Origin: Candidatus Calescibacterium sp.
Lineage (GTDB): Bacteria > DRYD01
Direction of reading: 5' to 3'
DNA length: 64,000 nucleotides
Assembly: GCA_025059235.1 (NCBI GenBank)
Contig: JANXCV010000003.1
Coordinates: 43,392-107,391, forward strand
Part shown: positions 43,952 through 53,982 of the stretch, piece by piece
How positions within the stretch are numbered: position 1 is the stretch's first letter
How the letters are laid out: every line of letters begins with the position of its first letter
Made by a program: the position numbers and the translations under genes
The notes under the pieces: generated by a model
What the model saw: only the letters and a program-made list of their open reading frames with translations
Database searches by the model: none
What the model was told of the DNA's origin: nothing

Positions 43952-44857
43952 TTACGAAAAATATATTGTCTGAGATAGTGAAAAAGAAGAGATCTTAAAA
44001 TAGTTCTTGACTAGTTTTTCTATTATATATGAGGGTATACATCCTATGAGTTCGGTGTTGGCTAGCTTAAGTCTTTTTTCTCTGATTTTGTTAATAATTG
44101 TATTGTAAATTTTAATGAAATCTGTTTTGTGTGCTTTGAGGATGTTTGTAGAGAGTTGGACTATTTTTTTTGAGGGTAGGAAGAAGGCAAGAGCTTGAAC
44201 ATTTTTTATTCCTCCGCTACTCTCTCTGATTTCTTTTGCAATCATTTTAGTTTTAGTCAATATTTCTGCTATCTTATCTTCAGGGGTTTGAATGTTAAAA
44301 TTGAAGGCAATAAGTGGATATCTAACCCCTATGAAGGATACTCCCATTCGGGGATGAAAGATAGATTCTTCAAATATATCAGGTAAATACTCCTTATCTT
44401 CTAAGGAGAGAGTTTTTATGAATTCAAATCCTTTATTTCTAATTATTGATAGTGTTTTTGTTTGTGGTCTTTTTGAAGAAAGTGAATAGAGGTAGATTGG
44501 GATTTTAAAAGTCTTGAAAAATTCTTGTGCGAAATTTTCTGTCCACTCTATAAGTTTTCTGTAACTTACATTTTTTATTGGCACAAAGGGTATAACATCT
44601 AGTATTCCTGCTCTTGGGTGAACCCCATTGTGTACGTTGATATCCAGAATATCTATAACACTTTCTGTTATAACGAAAATACTTTCAAATACACTTTTTG
44701 GTTTACCTAATATTGTAAATACTGATCTGTTGTGATCGTAGTCATAGTGTATGTTTTTAACCTCCAAAGATGGTATTTTTCTTATTTTGCTTACTATTTT
44801 GTTAATTAGCTTTATGTTTCTTCCCTCTGAAAGATTTGGAACTGTTTGTATGATCAT
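43952..44857 (-). CDS. ftcD: Glutamate formiminotransferase
   Basis: VPNLSEGR, DYDHNRSVFT, HNGVHPRAGILDVIPFVP and ELIGCIP motifs. Confidence 0.9.
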   Translation of the reverse strand: MIIQTVPNLSEGRNIKLINKIVSKIRKIPSLEVKNIHYDYDHNRSVFTILGKPKSVFESIFVITESVIDILDINVHNGVHPRAGILDVIPFVPIKNVSYRKLIEWTENFAQEFFKTFKIPIYLYSLSSKRPQTKTLSIIRNKGFEFIKTLSLEDKEYLPDIFEESIFHPRMGVSFIGVRYPLIAFNFNIQTPEDKIAEILTKTKMIAKEIRESSGGIKNVQALAFFLPSKKIVQLSTNILKAHKTDFIKIYNTIINKIREKRLKLANTELIGCIPSYIIEKLVKNYFKISSFSLSQTIYFS

Positions 44858-44955
44858 ATTTATGAGATTTGTGGTTTAAGACAAAATTTCCTTTTTTTAT
44901 CTTGCTTAGAGGTTTTCGAAAATTTAGGTAGAAAAATAAATAAAAAGGGGGAATT

Positions 44956-46236
44956 ATGATAAGAGAGATTAGGTCTGTTGATTTATTTAGGCAAGCTCAG
45001 GATTGTTTAGTTGGTGGAGTTAACAGCCCTGTAAGAAGTTTCAGGAATGTTGGAATGGATCCCATATATTTCCATCGTTCAACTGGACCATGGATCATCT
45101 CTGTTGAAGGAAGGAAGTTTATAGACTATGTTTTGGCATGGGGAACATTTATACTAGGACACGGAGACGAAGATGTAAAAAAAGAAATAATAAATCAATT
45201 AGAACTCGGTATACATTTTGGATCTTGTCATGAGTTGGAAATAGAATTCGCTACGCTAATAAAAAAAGCATTTAAATGTATAGACAAGATAAGAGTTTCA
45301 AATAGTGGTACTGAGGCCGTAACGATTGCAATAAGACTTGCAAGGGGATTTACAAACAGAAAAAAGATACTGAAATTTGCTGGTAACTATCATGGACATG
45401 TTGATTATTTGCTTGTAAGGGCTGGTTCTGGACTTGCTACTCTGAATATACCATCAAGCAAGGGAATTCCTCAAGAGTTTGTAAACGAAACAATTGTAGT
45501 TGAATACAATGATGCTAGGGCTGTGGAAGAAGTATTTGAAAAGTATGGAACTCAGATAGCTGGAGTCATAGTAGAGCCTGTAGCAGGTAACATTGGAGTC
45601 ATACCTCCTCAGAATGGATTTCTTAGACTACTACGGGAAATAACAAGAACTTATGGATCAGTTTTAATATTTGATGAGGTTATTACGGGATTTAGATCTG
45701 AATTTGGAGGAATATCGAACTTATATGATCCGGATCTTGTTATTTTAGGTAAAATAGTTGGTGGGGGGCTTCCTATTGGAGTTATAGGTGGCAAAAAAGA
45801 GATAATGGATCTGTTAACCCCCGTCGGTGAAGTATATCACGCCGGTACCTTTAACGGAAATCTCCTTGTTTTAGCGGCAGGAGTAGCTACACTAAAAAAG
45901 CTTATGAAAATGGATTACAGATATCTAGAAGAACTGGGGCAAATATTTGAAGAGGGTATTGTAGCTATAAAAAATAGGTTTAATCAGCACAGGATAAAGC
46001 TCAATCGATATGGCCCAATGATATCAATTTTCTTTAATGATCAGGAAGTAGTTAATTCCAGAATCGCTTATGAGTCTGATAGAAGTTTATTTGCAAAAAT
46101 GTATAGGTTTCTGATAGAGAAAGGAATATATTTCCCTCCATCTCCTTTCGAAGCTATATTCATTTCCTTTGCTCATACTATAAATGAAATTAGTTATACG
46201 ATAGATAGGATAGAAGAATTTTTTGTAAAAATGTAG
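44956..46236 (+). CDS. hemL: Glutamate-1-semialdehyde 2,1-aminomutase
   Basis: GGVNSPVR, NSGTEA, YHGH, FDEVITGFR, GKIVGGGLP and PPSPFE motifs. Confidence 0.96.
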   Translation: MIREIRSVDLFRQAQDCLVGGVNSPVRSFRNVGMDPIYFHRSTGPWIISVEGRKFIDYVLAWGTFILGHGDEDVKKEIINQLELGIHFGSCHELEIEFATLIKKAFKCIDKIRVSNSGTEAVTIAIRLARGFTNRKKILKFAGNYHGHVDYLLVRAGSGLATLNIPSSKGIPQEFVNETIVVEYNDARAVEEVFEKYGTQIAGVIVEPVAGNIGVIPPQNGFLRLLREITRTYGSVLIFDEVITGFRSEFGGISNLYDPDLVILGKIVGGGLPIGVIGGKKEIMDLLTPVGEVYHAGTFNGNLLVLAAGVATLKKLMKMDYRYLEELGQIFEEGIVAIKNRFNQHRIKLNRYGPMISIFFNDQEVVNSRIAYESDRSLFAKMYRFLIEKGIYFPPSPFEAIFISFAHTINEISYTIDRIEEFFVKM

Positions 46237-46297
46237 GAATTTTGCTAGCCGTCTTTGAATTGATTCTTTAGGAGAAAAATTTTCTCTAGGAGAAAGA

Positions 46298-48796
46298 TTG
46301 ATGATGTTATCTGAAGATAGTATCCAGAATGTAATAACTAATCTTCTGTTAAGCAAAAATAAAGTAGATTTTTTGGAGAAAGTAAAAGATAAATTTACAG
46401 ATTCCGAAAAATATTTCGTTATATCTAAGCTAGCTGAAGTATATAACGATTACAAAAGTTTAACTGCTAATTCTGATGAGAGTAAAATAAACTTGTTGAT
46501 AGAAGGATTAGCTGAAGAAATAAAAAATAATCATAATCTACTACTTGATCTGCTGAAATCTACGGATGATACTCTTTTTGAGTTATCTGCTCAGAAAAAT
46601 GGTATAAAAAAAGAAATCTTGGATCTCCTATCTATTGAGGCTCAATCTACAGATTTTGCAATCAAAGTCGATAGTTTCCTTGATGATTATAAACTAGTTT
46701 TAAATGAATTGAGTCAGAAGAAATTCCTCGATGATGATGTATCTCCCAAGAGATTCGCTAAAATAAAGAGAATATATGAAAAGATTTTCTCTATGATTGA
46801 TGAAACAGTTAGAATTATTTTCTTTGAATCAAATGGATTAGGCTTGTATAACAAATATTCTTTGATCGATTCTATTATCGAGGAAATGAGAATACTAAGA
46901 GAACTGATATATAAAGTTATAGAGAAAGTTGAATTAATCACAACTATCACAGAAAAAGAGAAAGAACTTGAAGAAAAGTACGAAGAAAAAGAAACTTCCA
47001 AGATAGGTGAATTTAGTATACAACAAGAAATCCATCAAATACAAAATACTCTTGAGCAACAAAATGTAATTGTAAAAGAGCAAGATTTTTATCAACAAAA
47101 TATAAATCAAGAAGGGACTGTTCAGAGCGAGACTGTTCAACAGGATGTTCATAAGGAAGAAATAGTTGGATATGAAAGTGTTGAGCAGCAGACGGGGTTG
47201 GCTTTGGAAAAGGAGTTTGTCGATCAAGAAGCAATAGAAGGGTATAATATCGAGACTATCCAAGGAACCATTCAAAGTGAAACTGTTCAACAAGATGCTT
47301 ATCAAAATGAAATATATGAAACTATTGAACAGAAAAGAGAGATGGAACTAATTATAGAAGAGGGATTTACTAATCAGGAAACAATAGAGGAATATTCTGT
47401 TGAACAAAAAACTACGCAGAATATAGATTTTCAAACTGAAATAGTTCAAAAGGAATTTATTGATCATAATATTCAGAGAGAAACAGTTATTGAAGAAAGT
47501 AATACTGAACAGATTGTTATCAATCAAGAAATAGCAGAACACCAATTTAATCAAACAGATGCTTTTAAAGGAGAAATAATCCAGCAGGATTTTGCTATTA
47601 CAGATGATCAGCAAAAAATTATCGATCAACAAATTTTTTCAGAGAATTTACCAGAGGTTGCTAGTGTTTCAGAAGATATAGTACAACCGGTAGGCCAAGA
47701 ACAAAAGGGTATAAGTATCCTAGACATTAGTGATTTACTATCTGAGTTTGAAAAAGTAGAAATTGAACAGGATACTGATAATCTTGATTCTGAAGTTATC
47801 TTTGATACAGGAGAATTGAGAATAGAAAAAATAGAAATTCAGAATGTTTTTCTTGAATCTTTTGAACAAACTACTGATTCTGACACAAAAGTATTCAATG
47901 AGGTAATAGAAGAGGGACCTGATTTGAAGGAGACTTCAGAGTCACAGGAAAGTATAATTGGGTTTGAAGAGAATTTGATTCCTCAGGAATTTAATTCTAC
48001 TACTTTTGAGCAATCAGGAATATTGGTCCATGAGAAAGATATAGGAGATGTATTGGGGGAGTTGGAATTCGAACAGGAACAAACTCATTTTGAACAGGAA
48101 AAAGCTTATAATCAATACGAATATGAAGTGGAAAAAGTCTCTCAAGAAACTATCCTGAAAGATATAACTTCTTCTATTGAACTAGCTATACCGGATGATC
48201 AGCAATTAATTAAGGTTAGTCAAATAGATGAACTTGCTGCTATTTTAGAAGAACATCAAAAAGATATCCAAACAGCTCCTATTGATATAGATCTTGGAGA
48301 TATAGATCTTTCCAGTATAGATTTATCCGATATAGATTTGTCTGAGATAGATTTATCTGGTATAGATTTGTCAAATGTAGAACTGGATTTAAGTGGTTAT
48401 AGTGATGATTTAGCTGAAAAAGACGAAAAAACTAGCATAACATCAGATACTAGTGAATTAGAAAAACACACCATTAATTTTGTATACAATAAAGAATTAG
48501 ATGTAAAGATCCAAGAGGTTGAAAAAATTTTTGCAAATCAGGATATTCAAAAAATAATCTATTTAAAGAACAATGAATATTCTTATTATTCAAAGGACAA
48601 AACTGTTGATAACAATGAATTGGTTTTACTAAAAAATGTTGAGAATATATCTTTTAGTAACTTATATTTTGAGAGGGGTAAGAACTTTGGATTTTTGTTG
48701 AAAAGTAGTGGGGAAATGTTATTAATAATTTTTGGGGAGGGTGTTCAGGTTGGTCCTGTAAAACTAAAAATCAAAAACATAACCCTGGGGGGATAA
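46298..48796 (+). CDS. Large acidic, largely disordered protein with a possible C-terminal Roadblock-like domain
   Basis: Helical N-terminus, Glu/Gln-rich middle with an internal duplication, IDLS repeats, C-terminus LLIIFGEGVQVGPVKLKIK. Confidence 0.6.
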   Translation: MMMLSEDSIQNVITNLLLSKNKVDFLEKVKDKFTDSEKYFVISKLAEVYNDYKSLTANSDESKINLLIEGLAEEIKNNHNLLLDLLKSTDDTLFELSAQKNGIKKEILDLLSIEAQSTDFAIKVDSFLDDYKLVLNELSQKKFLDDDVSPKRFAKIKRIYEKIFSMIDETVRIIFFESNGLGLYNKYSLIDSIIEEMRILRELIYKVIEKVELITTITEKEKELEEKYEEKETSKIGEFSIQQEIHQIQNTLEQQNVIVKEQDFYQQNINQEGTVQSETVQQDVHKEEIVGYESVEQQTGLALEKEFVDQEAIEGYNIETIQGTIQSETVQQDAYQNEIYETIEQKREMELIIEEGFTNQETIEEYSVEQKTTQNIDFQTEIVQKEFIDHNIQRETVIEESNTEQIVINQEIAEHQFNQTDAFKGEIIQQDFAITDDQQKIIDQQIFSENLPEVASVSEDIVQPVGQEQKGISILDISDLLSEFEKVEIEQDTDNLDSEVIFDTGELRIEKIEIQNVFLESFEQTTDSDTKVFNEVIEEGPDLKETSESQESIIGFEENLIPQEFNSTTFEQSGILVHEKDIGDVLGELEFEQEQTHFEQEKAYNQYEYEVEKVSQETILKDITSSIELAIPDDQQLIKVSQIDELAAILEEHQKDIQTAPIDIDLGDIDLSSIDLSDIDLSEIDLSGIDLSNVELDLSGYSDDLAEKDEKTSITSDTSELEKHTINFVYNKELDVKIQEVEKIFANQDIQKIIYLKNNEYSYYSKDKTVDNNELVLLKNVENISFSNLYFERGKNFGFLLKSSGEMLLIIFGEGVQVGPVKLKIKNITLGG
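48281..48392 (+). repeat. Degenerate 15-bp repeat encoding IDLSx pentapeptides
   Basis: IDIDLGDIDLSSIDLSDIDLSEIDLSGIDLSNVELDLS; ATAGAT recurs every 15 bp. Confidence 0.85.
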
Positions 48797-48798
48797 AA

Positions 48799-49497
48799 AT
48801 GAATGAAAAAACCAAGAAAACTACTCCAGAGATAGTCAAAATACTCTGGTATAGACACAAAGTAGATAAATGGCCAATAAAGAAAATATCAGAAGTATAC
48901 AACATATCAAAAAGTACAATATACAGATGGTTCAAGAATATTAAAGATGAGAATATTAACGAGGATTATATAAGATTTGATATAGAGAAAATGGGATCTG
49001 ACTTCTTTCAAGATTATGTTTATTTTGGAGAGAATTTACTTCCTAGGGAGTATTTCAAGAGTAGTTTTGAGGTTGAACCTATATCTGATTTGACGAAAAC
49101 TAATGAATTACCCTCTGCATACGGTTTTAATTACGCTTTTGCTTTACCCTTGGATCCGTATAGAATTTTCATATATTGGGAAATAAGAGATCCAGATAGT
49201 GAGGATTCAGGAATTGTTATCAAAGTCTTTGATAATACTGATAACGATGTTTTACTTCACATGGTACTTAATTCAAAGTATCTTGTTAGTAATATGTACA
49301 TTCCTGTTGGTATTCCAGATAGGGTTTATTTTGCTGAGATTTATCGTCAGAAGGATAATGCTTTTTTAGTAAGAACTAACAGAGTGAGGACTCCCAGGAA
49401 TTCTCCAGCATCAATGGAAATAATGAATATGTATAACTGGTACAATATTGATCAAACGATGTTTAGTATATCTTCTTTTATTATTAATAAGTTGTAG
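48799..49497 (+). CDS. DUF4912 domain protein with N-terminal helix-turn-helix
   Basis: HTH (PIKKISEVYNISKSTIYRW), then LPSAYG...LDPYRIFIYWE...TNRVRTPR. Confidence 0.82.
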   Translation: MNEKTKKTTPEIVKILWYRHKVDKWPIKKISEVYNISKSTIYRWFKNIKDENINEDYIRFDIEKMGSDFFQDYVYFGENLLPREYFKSSFEVEPISDLTKTNELPSAYGFNYAFALPLDPYRIFIYWEIRDPDSEDSGIVIKVFDNTDNDVLLHMVLNSKYLVSNMYIPVGIPDRVYFAEIYRQKDNAFLVRTNRVRTPRNSPASMEIMNMYNWYNIDQTMFSISSFIINKL

Positions 49498-49511
49498 GTG
49501 GGGAATTATAT

Positions 49512-50333
49512 ATGAGATTTTTGATAGCTTTATTTATTTGGGTTTGTGCTTCTGAATATATACTCGCAAGTACTGCAAAAATTTTTATAAAGGGACTATA
49601 TAATCAAGCTGACAGATATCCAAATATAAGGGATATGGTGTTAGAGTACGAGTTTAGAGCTCAAGAAGGAAAGAATGTAAAAGCAGCTAAAGAAGAAGAT
49701 ATACCTTTAATAGGTCAGGGTAAAATATTTTACAAGGCTCCTTATTACATAAGGATAGAAACTGAATTTCTGTTTCACCCTTCTTTACAAGGGGAGAAAT
49801 TGATAACTATAAAAGATGGGAAGAATGTTGCCATTTTTAAAGAGGATTTTGTAAGACCTCTAAAAGTAGAGCCTGATCCCAGGTATCCTCTTCTTATAAA
49901 TTTCCCCTTTCTATATCTTCTGCGGTATGAGGAAATGGATAGGATTTTATATCCCGTTGTGGTGGCATATGAAGATATTGGTTCAGGTGAACTTAAGGGA
50001 AGAAGAGTCGCTGTTATTAGTGTAATTGATAAAACTAAAATGTATGAGAGATATAGAATTTACATGGATATCCAAAACTACTTTCCTGTAAGAGCTATTT
50101 TCTATCCTTTTGAGAAGGATAAAGAAGGGATAGAGGTCATATATAAGGGGTTTTCTTATGTGGCTGACGGTAGAATATGGGCAAAAAAGATACTCATATA
50201 TAAATTTAGCCAAAAATCTAAATACTTGGCATGGGTTATATATCTTAACAATATTTCAATTAATGTTGGTTTAATAGATGATCTTTTCCAGATAGGTTTG
50301 GAGGAAGCAAAAGTTTTACCGAATGCTAAGTGA
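49512..50333 (+). CDS. LolA-like periplasmic lipoprotein-sorting family protein
   Basis: Signal peptide; GKIFYKAPYYIRIE, DGK and C-terminal INVGLIDDLF patterns typical of the LolA fold. Confidence 0.7.
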   Translation: MRFLIALFIWVCASEYILASTAKIFIKGLYNQADRYPNIRDMVLEYEFRAQEGKNVKAAKEEDIPLIGQGKIFYKAPYYIRIETEFLFHPSLQGEKLITIKDGKNVAIFKEDFVRPLKVEPDPRYPLLINFPFLYLLRYEEMDRILYPVVVAYEDIGSGELKGRRVAVISVIDKTKMYERYRIYMDIQNYFPVRAIFYPFEKDKEGIEVIYKGFSYVADGRIWAKKILIYKFSQKSKYLAWVIYLNNISINVGLIDDLFQIGLEEAKVLPNAK

Positions 50334-50845
50334 TGGAAATACTCTGGGCCCCTTGGAGAGGTAAGTACATAAGAATGAGTTTAGCAAAACAGGAATGTAT
50401 ATTCTGTTACCACGATGGAAAAAAAATAATTGATATTAACCCCAGTATTAGTAACCTTATTCTTTACAAATCCAGTACATCATTTATAATAATGAATAAG
50501 TATCCTTACATCAATGGACACTTAATGGTGGTTCCATATAGACATACTAGTGATATACTGGTTTTGAATGAAGAAGAAAAACTGGATATATTTAGGATGA
50601 TTCAATTTTGTGTAAAGCTTTTGAAAGAGGTTTATAACCCTGTTGGTTTCAATGTAGGTATAAACATAGGTAAGGTTGCCGGTGCAGGTATCGATAATCA
50701 TATTCATTTTCATGTAGTACCTAGGTTTGAGGCAGATCACAATTTTATGTCAACTATATCTGATACTCGGGTGATAAATTTTTCTTTAGAGGAAACTTAC
50801 AGGGATCTGTATGAAAAAATAAGTAAGTTGGATTTGGAGCTATAA
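50330..50845 (+). CDS. HIT family hydrolase (Ap4A phosphorylase-like)
   Basis: LWAPWR, CIFC, NKYPYINGHLMVVP and HIHFHVVPR motifs. Confidence 0.93.
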   Translation: MMEILWAPWRGKYIRMSLAKQECIFCYHDGKKIIDINPSISNLILYKSSTSFIIMNKYPYINGHLMVVPYRHTSDILVLNEEEKLDIFRMIQFCVKLLKEVYNPVGFNVGINIGKVAGAGIDNHIHFHVVPRFEADHNFMSTISDTRVINFSLEETYRDLYEKISKLDLEL

Positions 50846-50876
50846 AACAAGAGAAAGAAGAAAGAAGGGAATAGGT

Positions 50877-52646
50877 ATGGGGTACGAAAATAGGATTTGG
50901 TGTGGAACTATAGGGGCAAAATATGTTAATCAGAAAGTTGAGCTTTTTGGATGGGTAAATAGAGTAAGAGACATGGGAGGAATACTATTTGTAGACCTAA
51001 GAGATAGAAGTGGTATAATTCAATTAGTTGTGGATCAGAAAAAAGTTTCTAACTTTGATGATTTAGCAGGTTTATCGAATGAGGATGTTATAAGAGTTGT
51101 TGGAGTTGTTAGACAAAGACCTAGGGATAAGATAAATACGAGACTACCTACTGGTGAGTATGAGGTTGATGTTGAAAGGATAGATATACTATCTAAGAGT
51201 GATCCCTTACCTTTTGCGATAAATGAAGAGGATTACAAAGAAATTTCTACCGATGAGTCGCTGAGGCTGAGGTATAGATTCCTTGACTTAAGGCGTCCCA
51301 GAATGTTTAGGAATCTGTATTTTAGACATAAGTTTATTAAGAAAATAAGGGATTTTCTGGATGAAAACGGTTTTATAGAAGTAGAGACGCCTATTCTGTC
51401 TAAGCCGACACCTGAGGGAGCAAGAGATTTCTTAGTTCCATCCAGATTACAGCCAGGTAAGTTTTATGCTCTTCCACAATCACCTCAACTATATAAACAG
51501 ATACTAATGGTTTCAGGAATAGATAGATATTTTCAGATAGCTAAATGTCTTAGAGATGAAGATTTAAGAGCTGATAGGCAACCAGAATTTACTCAATTAG
51601 ACCTGGAAATGTCATTCATAGATCAGGAAGATATATTCAATTTAATAGAAAATTTGCTAAAAGAAGTTTTGTTGTCGACCATGGGAATAGAATTACAAAC
51701 ACCATTCCCAAGAATTAGTTATAAAATCGCTATGGAAGAATACCTATCAGATAAACCTGACCTTAGATTTCCTTATCCAATCAAGAGATTTGATACACAA
51801 AAAGTTCCTATAAATAATGAAAATTTAAGAGGTGAGGTATACTACTTGTTCATACCTTTTATTCTGAATAGGAAAGAAATAGATAATTTGTATAACAAAG
51901 GGTATAAATTTTTATATTTAATCCGCGAAGGTGAAAACTATAAAGGTACGTTGCTGAAATATATCCAAGTTGAGAAAATGAACGAATTAGTAGAGAATAG
52001 GGAGGTTTATACTGTACTTTTAACTTTTGATCAACCTAGGGATAAGTTAGATGAGATAAAGCGTATTCTTATTGATAGAAAGGTTTTGCTTCCTGCGTGT
52101 AGTTTTTACTTTCTATGGGTCAAGGATTTTCCTTTGTTCAAATTAGAAGAGGACGGGAAAATTTCTTCGGAGCATCATCCTTTTACGAATGTTCACCCAG
52201 AGGATAAAGATTATCTTTATGAGTTGTATAATGAATTTCGCTTGTCGGTTAATTTTTCTGATATTGTGCCTAAATTGCTAAACATAAAGTCTTTGGCATA
52301 TGATCTAGTTTTAAACGGGGTTGAAGTAGGTAGTGGTAGTATAAGAATAACTGATCCTGAGTTACAGAAGATGATATTTCATATTATTGGTTTGACGGAT
52401 GAAGAGGCAAACTCAAAATTTGGTTTCCTATTAAATTCATTCAGGTATGGTGTCCCTCCTCACGGAGGTATAGCACTGGGATTAGATAGGATTATTTCTA
52501 TTTTACTAATGACAAATAGTATTAGAGATGTTATTGCTTTTCCGAAGACTCAAAGTGGAAGCTGTTTACTTACGAATTCTCCTTCCGAAGTAGATAGAAA
52601 TCAATTGTTGGAACTGGGAATAAATACAGTTCCGCTTGCTCAGTAG
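50877..52646 (+). CDS. aspS: Aspartate-tRNA ligase
   Basis: FVDLRD, PEGARDFLVP, LPQSPQLYKQ, RDEDLRADRQPEFTQLD, HHPFT and PPHGGIALGLDR motifs. Confidence 0.98.
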   Translation: MGYENRIWCGTIGAKYVNQKVELFGWVNRVRDMGGILFVDLRDRSGIIQLVVDQKKVSNFDDLAGLSNEDVIRVVGVVRQRPRDKINTRLPTGEYEVDVERIDILSKSDPLPFAINEEDYKEISTDESLRLRYRFLDLRRPRMFRNLYFRHKFIKKIRDFLDENGFIEVETPILSKPTPEGARDFLVPSRLQPGKFYALPQSPQLYKQILMVSGIDRYFQIAKCLRDEDLRADRQPEFTQLDLEMSFIDQEDIFNLIENLLKEVLLSTMGIELQTPFPRISYKIAMEEYLSDKPDLRFPYPIKRFDTQKVPINNENLRGEVYYLFIPFILNRKEIDNLYNKGYKFLYLIREGENYKGTLLKYIQVEKMNELVENREVYTVLLTFDQPRDKLDEIKRILIDRKVLLPACSFYFLWVKDFPLFKLEEDGKISSEHHPFTNVHPEDKDYLYELYNEFRLSVNFSDIVPKLLNIKSLAYDLVLNGVEVGSGSIRITDPELQKMIFHIIGLTDEEANSKFGFLLNSFRYGVPPHGGIALGLDRIISILLMTNSIRDVIAFPKTQSGSCLLTNSPSEVDRNQLLELGINTVPLAQ

Positions 52647-52685
52647 CGGTATATAAAAAACTGAGCAATAAGGAAGAGGGAAAAG

Positions 52686-53882
52686 ATGATAAAGTATTTA
52701 GAGTACAGAGTTGCACTTAATACCGACTTTATTAATAAAAACGAGCTATTAAGTATAATTTCAAAATTTGCCAATCCTGTTATCAATTCTATAAAGAATG
52801 ATATATATAGGCTCTTTTTTAATCAGCCGGAGGAAAAAAGATTTGTGTTTAACGAAAATTTTGAGATATTTGTAAAGGAAAAGGTATTGTGTATTCTCGA
52901 CTTTGAGAGAAGTAATTTTATAAAAATGGGTTTTGTGACTTACTCCGAAGGATATGAAAAGATAGTAGAAATGTTCAGAAAAGTAATAGAAAAATACCTA
53001 CAAACAAAGAATGTAAATTTTGAGGTCATAGAAGAAAAAGCTGACATAAGTTTATTTTCTCCGGTTGACAGATCAATCCTGACAAGTTACGATTTAGATA
53101 TTTTTGGTAATTTAACTAACTACAGATACAATATTCTCAAAAGTATAAGTAGTTTAGGGACAAAAATATACAAGAAAGATATATCTAAACTTATTAACAT
53201 TAACATTGATATAGGTACTGTTGAGGATCTTATAAGATTGGGATTCTTGCAAAGAGAATATGTGTTTATTTGTAAGGAAAATGGAAGACAGATAATACAA
53301 CTTTCTAATTTAGATATTTTAAGTACCAATCCCGATGCTGTAAAGTGCTTCTACTGTGGTAAAAGCCTAAGAGAAGAATCTATGGAAGAGATCATTTCTC
53401 TTTCTTCTATTTCTAATGAAGTAGTAAGGGATAATATGTGGGTTGTAGGAATGATATATAAAATCTTAACCGACAATGGAATAAATGAGATAAGTGTTGA
53501 TTCAGTTGAAATAGGAAAGGCAATAATTTCTCATCACCTATCTGAACCGGTTGTTGTTTTTGTACTAAAAGAAGATTTTAAAATACATAATGTATTCCTT
53601 CTTGATATATATCTTTATAACTACAAGACCAAGTATCTTATTATGGTAACATTATCTCCAAATGCTTCTATTATAAGAGACTATATTATTCAGAAGGGTA
53701 TAAAAGTAGTTTTGATTAATGGTTATGAAAGTATAAAAGATAATCTTCTGAATTCTTTAGAGGAGATATCGAGGATGTTTATCAAAGACAAGCTAGAGAA
53801 TTACAATAACTATTTTTCTTTTAGAATATCGGATTTGGTATCTACGGAATATCCTGTATTTCAAAAAGTAGAGGCTAATTAA
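52686..53882 (+). CDS. Hypothetical protein with central zinc-ribbon-like motif
   Basis: ICKENG...CFYCG motif; 398 aa. Confidence 0.65.
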   Translation: MIKYLEYRVALNTDFINKNELLSIISKFANPVINSIKNDIYRLFFNQPEEKRFVFNENFEIFVKEKVLCILDFERSNFIKMGFVTYSEGYEKIVEMFRKVIEKYLQTKNVNFEVIEEKADISLFSPVDRSILTSYDLDIFGNLTNYRYNILKSISSLGTKIYKKDISKLININIDIGTVEDLIRLGFLQREYVFICKENGRQIIQLSNLDILSTNPDAVKCFYCGKSLREESMEEIISLSSISNEVVRDNMWVVGMIYKILTDNGINEISVDSVEIGKAIISHHLSEPVVVFVLKEDFKIHNVFLLDIYLYNYKTKYLIMVTLSPNASIIRDYIIQKGIKVVLINGYESIKDNLLNSLEEISRMFIKDKLENYNNYFSFRISDLVSTEYPVFQKVEAN

Positions 53883-53886
53883 TAAA

Positions 53887-53916
53887 TGTTAAAACTATGT
53901 TAAAAAAATGTCAAAT
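53887..53916 (+). promoter_or_regulatory. Three TGT(T/C)AAA boxes with exact 11-bp period
   Basis: TGTTAAAA at 53887 and 53898, TGTCAAAT at 53909; upstream of the fliF-like gene. Confidence 0.55.
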
Positions 53917-53982
53917 TTTAGGGAAAAAGAGGATTTTAAGATAAAAATAATAAGAGGGAAATTTTGGTAGGGGGTTTAATTT

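Noticed and set aside
46272-46286. GAGAAAA-A-TTTTCTC palindrome before the acidic protein gene
   Set aside because: Low complexity and a single occurrence in an AT-rich genome.
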